From positions 4,464,001 to 4,528,000 of the forward strand of contig NC_134472.1 in the NCBI RefSeq assembly GCF_964194025.1: a stretch of 64,000 bases of DNA. Direction: 5' to 3'. This DNA comes from Convolutriloba macropyga. Taxonomy: Eukaryota. The notes below the pieces were generated by a model. It was given only the letters and a program-made list of their open reading frames with translations. It had not been told where the DNA came from and made no database searches. Both the position numbers and the translations under genes were made by a program. Of this stretch, positions 53,430 to 64,000 are shown piece by piece (the first letter of the stretch is position 1; each line of letters opens with the position of its first letter).

Positions 53430-54329
53430 GTCGACGGATGCTGTGAAAATTCGATCGAAGTGTCCTATCACCCTGGTCAAATATCCGGAGGAAACTTTTT
53501 AGCTGATACAAAAACTGCCGGCAGTGTCACGCTATTGCTTCAGACAATTTTACCTTGCATGTTATTTTCAAACAGCCGTTGTTCAGTCTCACTCAGAGGG
53601 GGTACAAATGCAGAAATGGCGCCTCAAATTGACTTTGTTGATTTGATTCTGAAGCCCATTTTAGCTCGCTTTTCAATTGTGTTTGATCTGAACATTGTGA
53701 TGCGTGGATACTTTCCAAAAGGTGGGGGTGAAATTGTTGCCCAGGCAAATCCGATCAAAGATATGAAACCTATTTTGCTGACTGAAAGAGGTCAACTGGT
53801 CAAGATTTACGGACGCTGTTTTGTTGCTGGTGTTTTGCCCGTGAAAGTTGCTCATGAAATGAAGTCAATTTTGATGCGAAATTTGAACAAAGCTGGTTTA
53901 TGTAGTCCTGACATTCACGTTAATATCGATGCTGTGAAAGAATCAAATGCATTCGGAAACGGATCAGGAATTCAAATCGTGGCTGAAACTTCAACTGGAT
54001 GTTTGTTTTCTGGGTCTGCGCTTGGGAATCGTAATATTAGCAACCAACAGGTTGCCGATAAAGCTTTCAACGAACTGATGGAGTCATTGGTCACAAATGC
54101 CAATTGCTGTGTTGATAAATATATACAAGATCAGCTGATAATCTTCATGGCATTGGCGAAAGGAACAAGTCAAATCAGATGTGGACCTCTGACGTCACAC
54201 ACCAACACTGCCATTAATGTTGCTGAGACGATGACTGGGGTTAAGTTCGAAATTGAAAGTGGGCAGAATTCTAATGACATGATAATATCATGTGATGGAG
54301 TTGGTTTCGAGAACAAATATCTTGCTTAG
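53430..54329 (+). CDS. RTCA: RNA 3'-terminal phosphate cyclase, coding exon 2
   Basis: Acceptor ttgacag|GTC gives CRAK|VDGCCENSIEV. Motifs TAGSVTLLLQ, LRGGTNAEMAP, RGYFPKGGG, VDKYIQDQL and LTSHTNT with the adenylated His (present in RTCA, absent in RCL1). Confidence 0.95.
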   Translation, partial: VDGCCENSIEVSYHPGQISGGNFLADTKTAGSVTLLLQTILPCMLFSNSRCSVSLRGGTNAEMAPQIDFVDLILKPILARFSIVFDLNIVMRGYFPKGGGEIVAQANPIKDMKPILLTERGQLVKIYGRCFVAGVLPVKVAHEMKSILMRNLNKAGLCSPDIHVNIDAVKESNAFGNGSGIQIVAETSTGCLFSGSALGNRNISNQQVADKAFNELMESLVTNANCCVDKYIQDQLIIFMALAKGTSQIRCGPLTSHTNTAINVAETMTGVKFEIESGQNSNDMIISCDGVGFENKYLA

Positions 54330-54473
54330 AGGACGCGTTCTTGATTTTTGTGGTGCTATTCTCTACTTTCTTTGTTTTTGGTCTGTAATATGTTGTCTTT
54401 GTCGGTTATTTAGTTTTGGGCTATTGGACGTTAACTATGTGATTTTGTTGACATTTTATGTTAAATTATAGAT

Positions 54474-54479
54474 AATAAA
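54474..54479 (+). terminator. Putative RTCA polyadenylation signal AATAAA
   Basis: 145 nt after the stop, followed by GT/T-rich sequence. A second AATAAA lies near 54524. Confidence 0.5.
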
Positions 54480-55295
54480 TGTTCTATCGTTCGTTTTGAG
54501 AGCCGTGCCCCGTTGATTCCTGAAATAAATATTTATCTGAAGAACTGAATTTCTTGCCTGATAGATCGCATCGAGAGTTCCAAAAATTTTACTTTCCTTG
54601 ATTTATTACGCCAATCTTCCAACGTGTATTAGTTTTGATAACTCTTGTATTAGGCGTGATGTAAGACTGGAAACAAGCCCGTTTTAAACATTGATATATT
54701 TTTCTTGTTCTTTGCCTGTTTCAATCACAAAAACCAGTTTTTATAGCTGCAATAACCATAGCTGAGTCGAACTATTACTGGCCATTGTTTGGTTTTTCGA
54801 CTCGAAGAACAGATTGATATTTTTAAAAACCAGCGAAGTCGTATTGACCTTTTTAGAATTGCATGTTTCTCAGGTTTGTGCAGTCTATTGGAAGGTTTTT
54901 GTCTTTGAGGATTTTGTCAATGTTTCTATCAGTACTGTTGTTGACCTTTGGATCTGACTCTTGTCAATTCTTAAATGTTGTCGTATAAGAAAACTAATTG
55001 GAGCAATAGCAATAAATGGCCTGTTTTTGTCACTTTCTATTTTTGGCATATCTCTCTTGTTTACTATATATTTTAGATTTTTCCTTTGTGATATTGATTA
55101 AAGAAAACTGTATCGAACGAAATTGTGAAAATGTTTTTTTTTCGTGTCTCAACTTGAGAATTTCCAAACCAAATATTAGGCTGCTTCTTCTTTCTTCGTT
55201 TTATTTTTTTACTCCCATTTTTATTCAAATGCTTTATTGAAATGATTGCTTTGTTTAAGTAAGTAGATAATTGCTGTTCTTTCAGATTGGTCTCC

Positions 55296-57647
55296 ATGGC
55301 ATCAAACCCAAGTGCCTCCGTCGACTATTCTCGCCTGAAGGACCCTGAGCTGGATTCTGTCGAGTGGATAAACGCCATGTTCCAAACAGCGTCTAATGGA
55401 GGCACCACTCAACCTACAGGAGCCGAACAAGAGGCACTAGCTACATCAGTTGTGATGAAACTGCAACTCTACATACAAGAAGTGGAAAAACATGTTGAGG
55501 ATGTTATGCAATCAGTATCCGCTTCGGTTCCCCGAGTCATCCGAGACGTTGAGTCGTTGCGCCATGAGACCATGATGTTGCATAACGAAATGAGTCACGT
55601 ATCAAGCGAGGTGGGAACTCTATGCACCGATACTAAAGAATCAATGCATACGTTGGTGAAACTTGATCAAGAACATGATCGCATTAGTCAAGTTTTGAAA
55701 TTTATTCAGCAAGCCGATAGCTGGAGCACTTTGACGCAGCAGATTGAGGATTGTTTCCTTGTTGACGATATTGATGGTGTTTGTGAAAAGATCGTGGCGC
55801 TTAAAACTTGTGTTGATGCTGCAAAACCATCAAGCGGCCAAATTTCTCAAGAATTCGAGTCAAGAAAATCAACTCTTGAGGTTTTGAAGAACCGAACAGA
55901 AGCTCTGTTGTCTCCTAAAATTATCGAAGCAGTGGCTAATGATGATATTGAAACTATTATAAATTATAAGAAGATATTTGCTCAAGTAGACAGACCTGAT
56001 TCAGTTTTTAAAATTTACTATCAACATCAGAAAGTACAGTTCCAGAGAACATGGTCAGAAATTTATGCTGAAGGGCTTAATGATAAAGTATCTGATTTGT
56101 TAACACTACTATTTGGAGATTTGCAAACGGAAGCTGAGAAACAGCAAGAGTTTATTCAAAAAGTTTCGTCGTCTGAAAACAAAAATGCAGAACAGCCTCA
56201 CAGTGTATCGAACTCGTCAGGTGATGTTATATGTGAACTTGTCACACAATGCGTGCTGGCCTTGGAACCCTCAATAACCGCAGTTGTAAAGCAAAGTTTG
56301 GGAAGTCTTAACCCTAAGGATGTTCTTCCGGCTTTGAAAGAGGTTCACGCTGTTGAAAAGACGTTCGTCGATAACATAGAACTAATGGCTTCTCAGAAAA
56401 GTGTGCGACTTGAAGCTGCAGTTTATGCTAGTTTGGTTCCAATTTTAATGAACTACAACCGATATCTGTATGAACAATTGCTCCCATCGTTAGCCGTCTT
56501 TTCATCATATTCTGCAAAAGATTTTCATCAGGTGTCTAATTTGATTGAAGATTCCCGTCAAGTCGTTGAACGTGCTGTCAACGATTCCCTGAAACTGTGT
56601 CAGCGTGTGAGTGATGACCTGGCGATTCTCAGCGTAGTTGAAGTCTTGGAAACGCAATTTTTTGTAGCTTATCTTAATAATATTGGCGAGGTCATCAGAA
56701 AAGTTGCGAGGAAACTCGGACTGACCATTGAATCGCAGAAAATTGATCTTCAACGACTTGAGAGTTCTGTCAAGTCTTCAGTTGTGGCAGAGGACTGGAC
56801 AATGTTCCACAACACGGCAAAACTGACGCAAACTGTGGGACGCATATGCGATAATCTGGCGTCACTTGAATCTTCGATTATTGAGAAACATCTATTGGGC
56901 GATCGATTAGTTGTGTTGAACGAAAAGTCAAATGATAGTCAACGCGAGAAGGACTTGGTGTTCAACCACCTCAAAATGTGGAATATGCAAGCTTGGACCA
57001 GATTACAGGACACTATCAAACTGGCACAAAGTAGCAAAGATTTGGTTGTCTTATTCCCCAAAAGCAAAAAGGGGGTCAACTCGCTTATTGGAAAATGTCA
57101 ACGCCTCGCGATCAATTGCGTTTTGGAGTACCCAAAACAGCAGTTTGTTAACATGCAGGAACTGAACGAATGGGTTAAGATGACCGACCCGAGGTTATCG
57201 AAGTTCAGCTTATCGCCGTTGGAATATATCACACGTGTAGGTCAGTACATGATGTCATTACCTGCTCAGCTTGAAGTACTGGAATCGGATTCTGAGATCC
57301 AAAAAGTATTCTCGGCAAATTACATCACTGACGGTGCGCATGGAACTTTCAAACTTGGCGAAGATGAAACATTATGCGAGTTGTGGCTCTCAGCTATCGT
57401 TCAGGACTTAATGCGGCTGTATTTAGAAAGCATAATGTGTCTAGAAATGTTAACAGATGAAGGAGCAAGACAGCTTAGCACCGATATCAATTACCTTCAG
57501 AATGTTCTAGACGACCTGGGGTTAAAATTGAGCGATGACTTGAGTGCAATGTTGACTTTGTTGGACTGTCCTGCGAATGAGTTGAACAAATTTCAGAATT
57601 CAGTTCCACAGAGGTTGTTCAACTGTGTCAGAACTCAAAGAAAATGA
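55296..57647 (+). CDS. COG7: Conserved oligomeric Golgi complex subunit 7, single coding exon (783 aa)
   Basis: DYSRLKDPELDSVEWINAMF...ATSVVMKLQLYIQEV...PRVIRDVESLR (N-terminus) and FSLSPLEYITRVGQYMMSLP, QLSTDINYLQNVLDDLGL (C-terminus) match COG7. First ATG after the ttctttcag acceptor. Confidence 0.95.
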   Translation: MASNPSASVDYSRLKDPELDSVEWINAMFQTASNGGTTQPTGAEQEALATSVVMKLQLYIQEVEKHVEDVMQSVSASVPRVIRDVESLRHETMMLHNEMSHVSSEVGTLCTDTKESMHTLVKLDQEHDRISQVLKFIQQADSWSTLTQQIEDCFLVDDIDGVCEKIVALKTCVDAAKPSSGQISQEFESRKSTLEVLKNRTEALLSPKIIEAVANDDIETIINYKKIFAQVDRPDSVFKIYYQHQKVQFQRTWSEIYAEGLNDKVSDLLTLLFGDLQTEAEKQQEFIQKVSSSENKNAEQPHSVSNSSGDVICELVTQCVLALEPSITAVVKQSLGSLNPKDVLPALKEVHAVEKTFVDNIELMASQKSVRLEAAVYASLVPILMNYNRYLYEQLLPSLAVFSSYSAKDFHQVSNLIEDSRQVVERAVNDSLKLCQRVSDDLAILSVVEVLETQFFVAYLNNIGEVIRKVARKLGLTIESQKIDLQRLESSVKSSVVAEDWTMFHNTAKLTQTVGRICDNLASLESSIIEKHLLGDRLVVLNEKSNDSQREKDLVFNHLKMWNMQAWTRLQDTIKLAQSSKDLVVLFPKSKKGVNSLIGKCQRLAINCVLEYPKQQFVNMQELNEWVKMTDPRLSKFSLSPLEYITRVGQYMMSLPAQLEVLESDSEIQKVFSANYITDGAHGTFKLGEDETLCELWLSAIVQDLMRLYLESIMCLEMLTDEGARQLSTDINYLQNVLDDLGLKLSDDLSAMLTLLDCPANELNKFQNSVPQRLFNCVRTQRK

Positions 57648-57812
57648 AACTTTTTGTGCTAGGCGTTAAATTTAATTGTAAATGGGCTGGATGAAATCTT
57701 ATGTCACATATCTGAATTTGGCTGTCAAGGCAATATTGTATATGAATATTTCTTGTAATTTACTATTTCACTTCAAGATTCTTCCTTAATTAAATATTTA
57801 AGCATGAGCTTG

Positions 57813-57818
57813 AATAAA
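57813..57818 (+). terminator. Putative COG7 polyadenylation signal AATAAA
   Basis: 166 nt downstream of the stop. Confidence 0.45.
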
Positions 57819-59341
57819 TAGACAAAAATCGAGAAGTTTTCCACAAATGGATTTTTTGTTCTGATAGTTGACGTTTTTTGAGAATTGCATTATTTGCTGT
57901 CCATCAATGCTGTCCACAGAGCTGATAAATGTGCTTTAATGTCCTTCAAAAATTATGATAAGCAAACGTGCGTAATGAATGCTTCCTCGACTGAGAAAGT
58001 TTCAGTTTCGGAAATCGTTTCAATTTCAATTTTCTGGAAATCTTCTCTGAACTGTTGGACAGTTTTAACTATGGGGTATCCTTATTTGACTCGCAGCATT
58101 CGTCGGCTGGGTGCAAGTTGCCGTTGATGATCAGAGCAATTGTTACGTTTAGTTTAATTCGAAGATCATATATGTGCTGCGTCTGTTGAATTTCATGATC
58201 ACCATGAAATTGCTGTCGTTCTCCCGTTGAGTGTCCCTTTTGCTAAGTCTGGTTTTCAGTATTATTAAGATTCATCTTTGTCTCAAATTTTGTCTCGCTC
58301 TCAAATCATTGATTGTGACTTGAGCTGATACACTAATTGATTATTGACTAATTCATTAATTGATTATACACTAATTGATACACTATTTATTAACTAATTG
58401 ATTTCTGTTTTCCAATATCTTTGGATAATTTGATTTTGGTTAAAATAATTCTTCCAAATCAAAATAATTCTTCCAAATCTCCATTTTTTGCAGGTGGGGA
58501 TGCTACTGACTTTTTTTGGGTATGTGAATATTGGGTGATAGATGTAATTTGTGGAGAGATATACAAGTGGTATCATTGGAAAGCCCTTCAAAAACGGTAT
58601 CAATTCTTAGATATTTTTCAATTTTTGGTTTCTGGAAGAGAAATTAAAGCTCCATCAGTTTTATTTTTCTGGCCTTTTCAACATTCATATAATCCCTCGA
58701 TTAATACCTTGTTTACACTTGAAATAAACAACTTATACATTATGGGATTAACATTTCAAACTCAATGTTTTCTGGCAAAAAAACTATTTTGAGTAGCAAA
58801 TGCAAGGCAGCTTAAATCAGTGTCGGGATTTCGGCAAAGCAATTGAAAAGTCAAACTTTTGTCATCAGAAAATTGTACGTGATAGTAAGCAAGCAAACCT
58901 GTGTAATTATGTAATTTATCTAAAGGTGCAATTAGTTCTGATTGCATAAAAGAATTTTCTTAAAAGTATGAAAGAAACTTGTATAAAAGAATTTTCTTAA
59001 AAGGTTATCTGTTTAGCTTCGAAAGTTGACCATCACCTTGGCAATTGTTCATACCAATTTCTTTGTTGAAAACCAAACTGTGTTCTCAAATGAAGTTCGT
59101 TGCTATTATATTGGTTCTGCTGGTCTTTTTGAATGCGATTTTCCGCACGGCTAACTTTTCGTCTTACCATTTGATTTTTTCATCCTCAAAAACGGGATAA
59201 ACAGATAGAGACCGGAGAGCATTTAGTGCTTTTAGTGCTTACGGCTCATTAGTCTCTAAGTATGCGATTCACCAAAACTTTTCAAGAGAAATCCCCCTCC
59301 CCCACCTCAATTAAGCTGAGCTAGCCAAATGCGCCGCTAGC

Positions 59342-59622
59342 TACTGATGAAGTCAAGTGCTCGCCAGTAGTTTGAAAGCAATTTAATCGAAATTTTGTCT
59401 CGCTAGTATCTACTGTTATCTAGTATCTACTCTGTTACCCCGTGATTTTTACACCCCTACCCTCTCAATATTTGTAGATACTCATGTTTTCAACCCTTTC
59501 TTGAACAAGTTAGATAAAGAATAGCTAGACACATCAGATGCATGGGGGCGAAAAAACAAGAAACGGATTAACGCCGGATGAATTGCTCTCAAATGGATGG
59601 CAAGCTGTTGCCTTCATCAGTA
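59342..59622. mobile_element. MITE with ~42-bp imperfect TIRs and TA ends
   Basis: Left tactgatgaagtcaagtgctcgccagtagtttgaaagcaatt; reverse complement of the right arm tactgatgaaggcaacagcttgccatccatttgagagcaatt. Confidence 0.7.
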
Positions 59623-60454
59623 TACAGCTAAGACTTAGTTAGCCCAGCTTTCGTTTAACTGAGGGAGAATGTTTGCTGGTGATGTTTTACAGTTATTTGT
59701 GGAGTTTTATGTGGCCATTGTGTCTTTGGTTTTCTTGTTGAAATAAATAATATGGAACTGATACTTTCTGGAAGTTGGAATTTATCAACCTGTAAATAGT
59801 ATATTTTTCCCTCATAATGGTAGTTTTTTAATACTAATGAGAAGTATCACCTGTTTTGTTATGTAAAAGAAAAAGGTATCAGAAAAAGAACACGCATTAG
59901 TATGTTCACACAGGCTTTTGGAACAAAAAATGTTCTCATGGTGATCGGGGGGGGATTAATCAAACTCTGGTGAAGATCTTCTTCTGTTTACAGAACCTCC
60001 GTAGACAGCAAACAGTGCAACTCGGTGATGCATAAAAAAATCTAAGTTCGTCAATCTGATAAAAAATTGCACAAAAAATAGTAAAACGTTTTCTCGCTTC
60101 GCAAATTTTAGGTTTGATTTTGATTTTTCAATTCCAAAGCATTATTGAATAGTACAAGACTGCAAACATTGCGACAGCTCTTCTGCGCCCCAAGCCGGAT
60201 TTTCTTACATATTTTCAATGAAAAACTATAAATGAGTTCAGATTAATTTTGCAACAGTGTATGAAATTTGTGGCCTGAATGGATGAGACATATTTCCATT
60301 GTTGCAATACTCTCTGACCATTAGATTGAATTTTTTTAAAGCCCAATGCTGAACTTTTTATATAAATATAAATTTTGGCTGCTCAATTTATTTCACCTAA
60401 ATTTTGCCAAATTTAGCAGAATTGTAACGATTTCTGACTTAACACCATTTTCAG

Positions 60455-60482
60455 AGTCCACAGTATGCTTGCTGACACAATG
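60455..60482 (+). other. Candidate ATG7 leader mini-exon containing ATG CTT GCT GAC ACA ATG
   Basis: Branch-like ctgac at 60434, acceptor cattttcag| at 60454, donor ATG|gtaaga at 60483. Confidence 0.5.
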
Positions 60483-60612
60483 GTAAGATTGTATTGATAG
60501 ACTACTACTGATGACCGATTTGTTTGCAAAATCAACATTTCGAAACGCACAAAGTGAACTGATTTGCTTTGAAATTATTTCCATTTTGGTCCAGTGAGTG
60601 TCATCTTTTAAA

Positions 60613-60769
60613 ATGATCAATCCGTTTCTGAGTTCGCTTGACATTGGCTTTTGGTACCAATTAGCCGACAAAAAGTTAAACGAATGGAAACTGGACAACT
60701 CCCCCAAATCTATCAAAGGATACTTCAACAATTCTCTGAAACCAGGTAGGAATAAATTGTATATTGAAG
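60613..60769 (+). CDS. ATG7: Autophagy E1-like enzyme ATG7, first conserved coding exon (gene continues beyond the window)
   Basis: PFLSSLDIGFWYQLADKKLNEWKLDNSPKSIKGYF matches the ATG7 N-terminus ([35 protein letters not shown]). Consensus donor GAAG|gtgagt at 60769/60770. Confidence 0.9.
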
Positions 60770-61405
60770 GTGAGTGGGTTGATATTATGCTCTTTATTTA
60801 TAGCCCCGTTCAGCTACTCAAACGGTTGTCATTAAGGCAATGTTTTCGAGAGAGCTAAAAATGAACGGAATGTTTTTCTCTCAAGAGAGAGGAATGCTTT
60901 CGGTCACCTGTGGATCTTTAGAAGAGTTTTTTGGTTTGCAATAAGATCAGGAGTATTAGTTTTCTAATTGTTTAATTGCTCTCAAACGAAGTTTTTTAGC
61001 AATTGTATTAGTCCTTTTTTATTTTTTTAAATTCTATTAGTCTTTTAATGCAATTTTTTTTTGCTTGACCGATTTTTCGTCTGAGCCATTTGACTTTTCG
61101 TCCTCAAAAACGGGATCAATAAGTAGCGCCCAGCGGGCCTTAATTGCTCTTAGATCCTTTCAGCCCTCTTGTCTCCAAGTATGTGATTCACAGAAACTGT
61201 TTTTGAGCCTTATACTTAGGGTGTAAAGTGCGGTTCTTAGAAACTGACCCCCCACAACAGCACCCCAAATCACCACCCTTGCACATGTTGTTGTAGCTGT
61301 CGCAGAGCTGCAAATTGCAGGTAATTTTTGCCGGATACTTGCGCTTATTGCCGTTTTTTAACTAGTACTTTTGTTGCATTTGTATGATCAGAAAAATTGT
61401 TATAA

Positions 61406-64000
61406 TAGTAGTACTGTGACTGCCTATCCACAAAACTAGCTTGTGGTGCGGCGACCTTTCTGCGTCTTCGACCCGGGTTAGGGGCCAGGAGGGCCATCGT
61501 CAGCATCGGGGGAAAGGTGAATGACATGCGGTCCCCGGCTTAGGGGGGGCCAGGAGGGCCATCATCAGCATCGGAGAAAGGGCCAAGCAAGGCGGATTAT
61601 TCTTTGCAGTGTGGTTGTGTTGGAATAATGGTATTAAGTCCAGCCAGTTAGCAACGTCTACTTGTCTTTCCCACAGGTCAATTACTTTCAGGACCGTGGT
61701 CTTCTTACTGCAGTTGAAAATTTTTAAGTGAATGTGGTGCTACTTATTTTTTGGGCCAGCGGTTAACATTTTTACAGATCCTACTCTAGGAAGAATTTAG
61801 GAGGGGGCAGTATCCAGTTCTTGAGTTTAGTTGCTCTTTATTGTTTGCTAATTGTTTCACGAACTCCCTTCAAGTATAATTTATTATCGGTCTCATGGGA
61901 CAAAAACTGGTTGAGGAGGTTGTTTTATGATCAACACGGTGGCTCTGATAACAACCGGCTAGCAATTGCTCTGCTAACATTTCAGTGCGAGCTTTCACAG
62001 GCACCCTTTCACCCTCATTGTGTAAGTCAATGATTTCTGATAATTTTACACAGCCAGTAATAGTGCAGCAAGCAATGTTTTGTTGCGTCTGCAGATGGTT
62101 CCAGTTTGTTTTGCTGATTGTGGAAGCCCAAATGGGAGCACCGTAGTTCAGGACGCTCCGACCGATAGCTTTTGATGTAACTGAGAGTGTCTCTTTTTGT
62201 GCGACCCTAGTCGCACCAGCAATCTTTTTCTGTATGTTATTGCGCTTTTGTAGCGTCTCTTGTGCTCCTTACATGTTCCCCAAAATTGAGCATATTATCG
62301 ACACCAAATACTTTGACTTTAGACCTTACTTGTATTGTGAATTGTTGATTCTGAAGTGTTGGTGAATTTTGGCCTCCTTTCCCCAGGTTGTTAGTATGGT
62401 TGCACTTGGTTTCTCAGCTGATAATTTAAGCTTTATTGGTTCTAGCGAGTCGTGTAAAATATTTAGGTCGGGAGTTATCATTTCACAATTTTTCAAACTG
62501 TGTTTGAAATCTAGTTTAAGTTATATCATCAGAGTAGGAAGTGATGTTTATATCTTTAGGGGGTAGGGGGTGCTTGCTCATGTATATGTTGAAGAGCATT
62601 GGCGATAATATACCACCTGTGCGAAACCCTGTTTTACTTATCTCCCCTTTGATGGTTTTTTATTGTTATATTCTACGTAAGACCTGCCCTGTAAATATAA
62701 ATCGACCCTTGTTTTTGCCTTTTGGCAGTGGTGCCTCGAGTATGTCTCTTAGTAGTAGGTTTTGGTCAACTGTGTTGAGATATAAGGCTACTAGTAGATT
62801 ACGGTTGCATGGTTCATTTTGATTAAGGCATTTTCGTAAATCGTTGTTGACAATATTGAGAGCTGTCGTTGTGGAGTGCTCAGGTCTGAAACCGAGCTGA
62901 TGTTCTTTTTATTGGATATTCGATAAAGTCACTTATTAAGCAGCTTTTTTCTGTTAGTTCTGCTATGGGGGAGAGGAGTACAATGGGTCTGAAGTTTTAA
63001 GATTCGTTTATGGGTTTCCCGTCTGGGATAGGGGTAAAACCCGGCCAACTTTGCAGATGTTCGCGATTTTCGTAATGTTTACAGAAAGGTTTATGAGGTC
63101 AGTGAGATATCTGAGTGCTATAGGGCTTAGATAGTGTATGTGGATTGGCCCTATTCTATTTGGGACCAGCGCCTTTTTTTCTGTGTCTTATAGCTTCTTT
63201 CACTGTGTTCCACTTTTACCCTCTATTTCCAGTTTCCTTATTGTTATTAGTGTAATTCTGTTGTTTTTCATTTTTCTTGGGGTATCGAGTGTACTGTTGG
63301 TTAAACTTGTTTGAACATTTCCTTGGATCATGGCGAGGAGTTGTCTTCTTAACGTCAAAATATATGGCTATGTTTGCAGGTGTTTTCGCGTTACTCGACG
63401 AAACTCTTTTTCTGTTCTCCCGAGTTTTGAACGTTTACCTCTGCGAGTAAGTGTTTGCACAAACTCGTTCCATTTTTTGCGCTTTTGACATTGAAAGGGT
63501 TTGTTTATTTCACGGTTTGGTTGCGTTATTTTGGGGTCCCATTGATATTTTATTTGCATATCCTCTCTTTTAGAAAGTTTTAATGCTTCGCTGAAAAAAT
63601 TGGCAACCACTTTTAATTTTTCCATGTATGTTATGCCTGCCAGCCGCTGCATTGATGCCTTTCCTTAATCTATTTTCCTCAATGGAGACGTTTGTTGGCA
63701 TTTTTTGTTTCCTCAGTTTTAGTTCAATGTCGTCTCTTAAACTTGCTCAGTCAGCTGTTTAGTAGTCGTTGAATTTTGTTGTGGTGTGTTGTGTGACAAG
63801 GACAGAGATGATGGATAGAATTATAAGTAAACGGTCTTAGCCTAATGCGTACTCCCTGCGCCAGTTGATGTTCATTGCTATGCTTGAACTGACGAAACTA
63901 ATGTCTGGGGAGCTTTTTCAAGATTTAGTTACTCTTGTGCGGGCCTTTTCTCAGTTTTCATGATTAGAGAGGTCTATTTCAGTTGCAATTGTGTTTCGTC
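61406..64000 (-). mobile_element. Decayed Ingi/Vingi-like (I-group) LINE without RNase H, antisense in the ATG7 intron
   Basis: Minus strand: HQLGFRPEHSTTTAL...NQNEPCNRNLLVAL; GGILSPMLFNIYMSK; AIGRSVLNYGAPIWASTISKTNWNHLQTQQN; RTGYCPLLNS...APH...FNCSKKTTVLKVIDLWERQVDVANWLDL; then 3' UTR and (ACT)n tail at 61406-61413. Clade label is from memory. Confidence 0.85.

Noticed and set aside
49831-54329. RCL1, or a horizontally acquired bacterial rtcA/rtcB locus
   Set aside because: The catalytic His is present, the sequence is animal-like, it has a spliceosomal intron, and there is no rtcB or rtcR nearby.
57880-58800. Additional gene between COG7 and ATG7
   Set aside because: Short ORFs without recognisable homology or splice structure; only weak hints of decayed LINE sequence.
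61470-61600. HDV-like ribozyme in the GC-rich segment
   Set aside because: I could not assemble the nested double pseudoknot by eye, and the segment is the LINE 3' UTR rather than the 5' end where such ribozymes occur.

Overview
AT-rich, repeat-dense nuclear DNA from an invertebrate animal (spliceosomal GT-AG introns, no prokaryotic features; the species cannot be determined from sequence alone). Left third (about 2.2-17.5 kb): a 15-kb tandem array built from retrotransposon parts. Its modules are the 3' GIY-YIG region of a Penelope-like element (PLE, minus strand), an inverted LINE 5' piece with a decayed 2A/StopGo-like motif, and an Ingi/Vingi-like LINE 3' end with an (ACT)n tail (plus strand). 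A ~2.47-kb higher-order repeat lies in its core. The array abuts a PLE RT remnant that carries a PHD-like insert. Next is a young 5'-truncated CR1-type LINE whose 5' junction is a near-perfect 351-bp hairpin of flanking DNA. Middle (24-42 kb): two paralogous single-pass membrane-protein genes that I do not recognise, with matching exon phases, among MITEs, tRNA-like SINE cassettes and LINE relics. Right third: three co-directional housekeeping genes, RTCA (2 coding exons), COG7 (single coding exon) and the 5' end of ATG7. Each has TTTCAG 10-13 nt before an ATG. A ~525-bp satellite lies in the RTCA intron, and a decayed Ingi/Vingi-like LINE of the same family as the array module lies in the ATG7 intron. 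Family assignments come from remembered motifs, not database searches; boundaries of decayed repeats are approximate.
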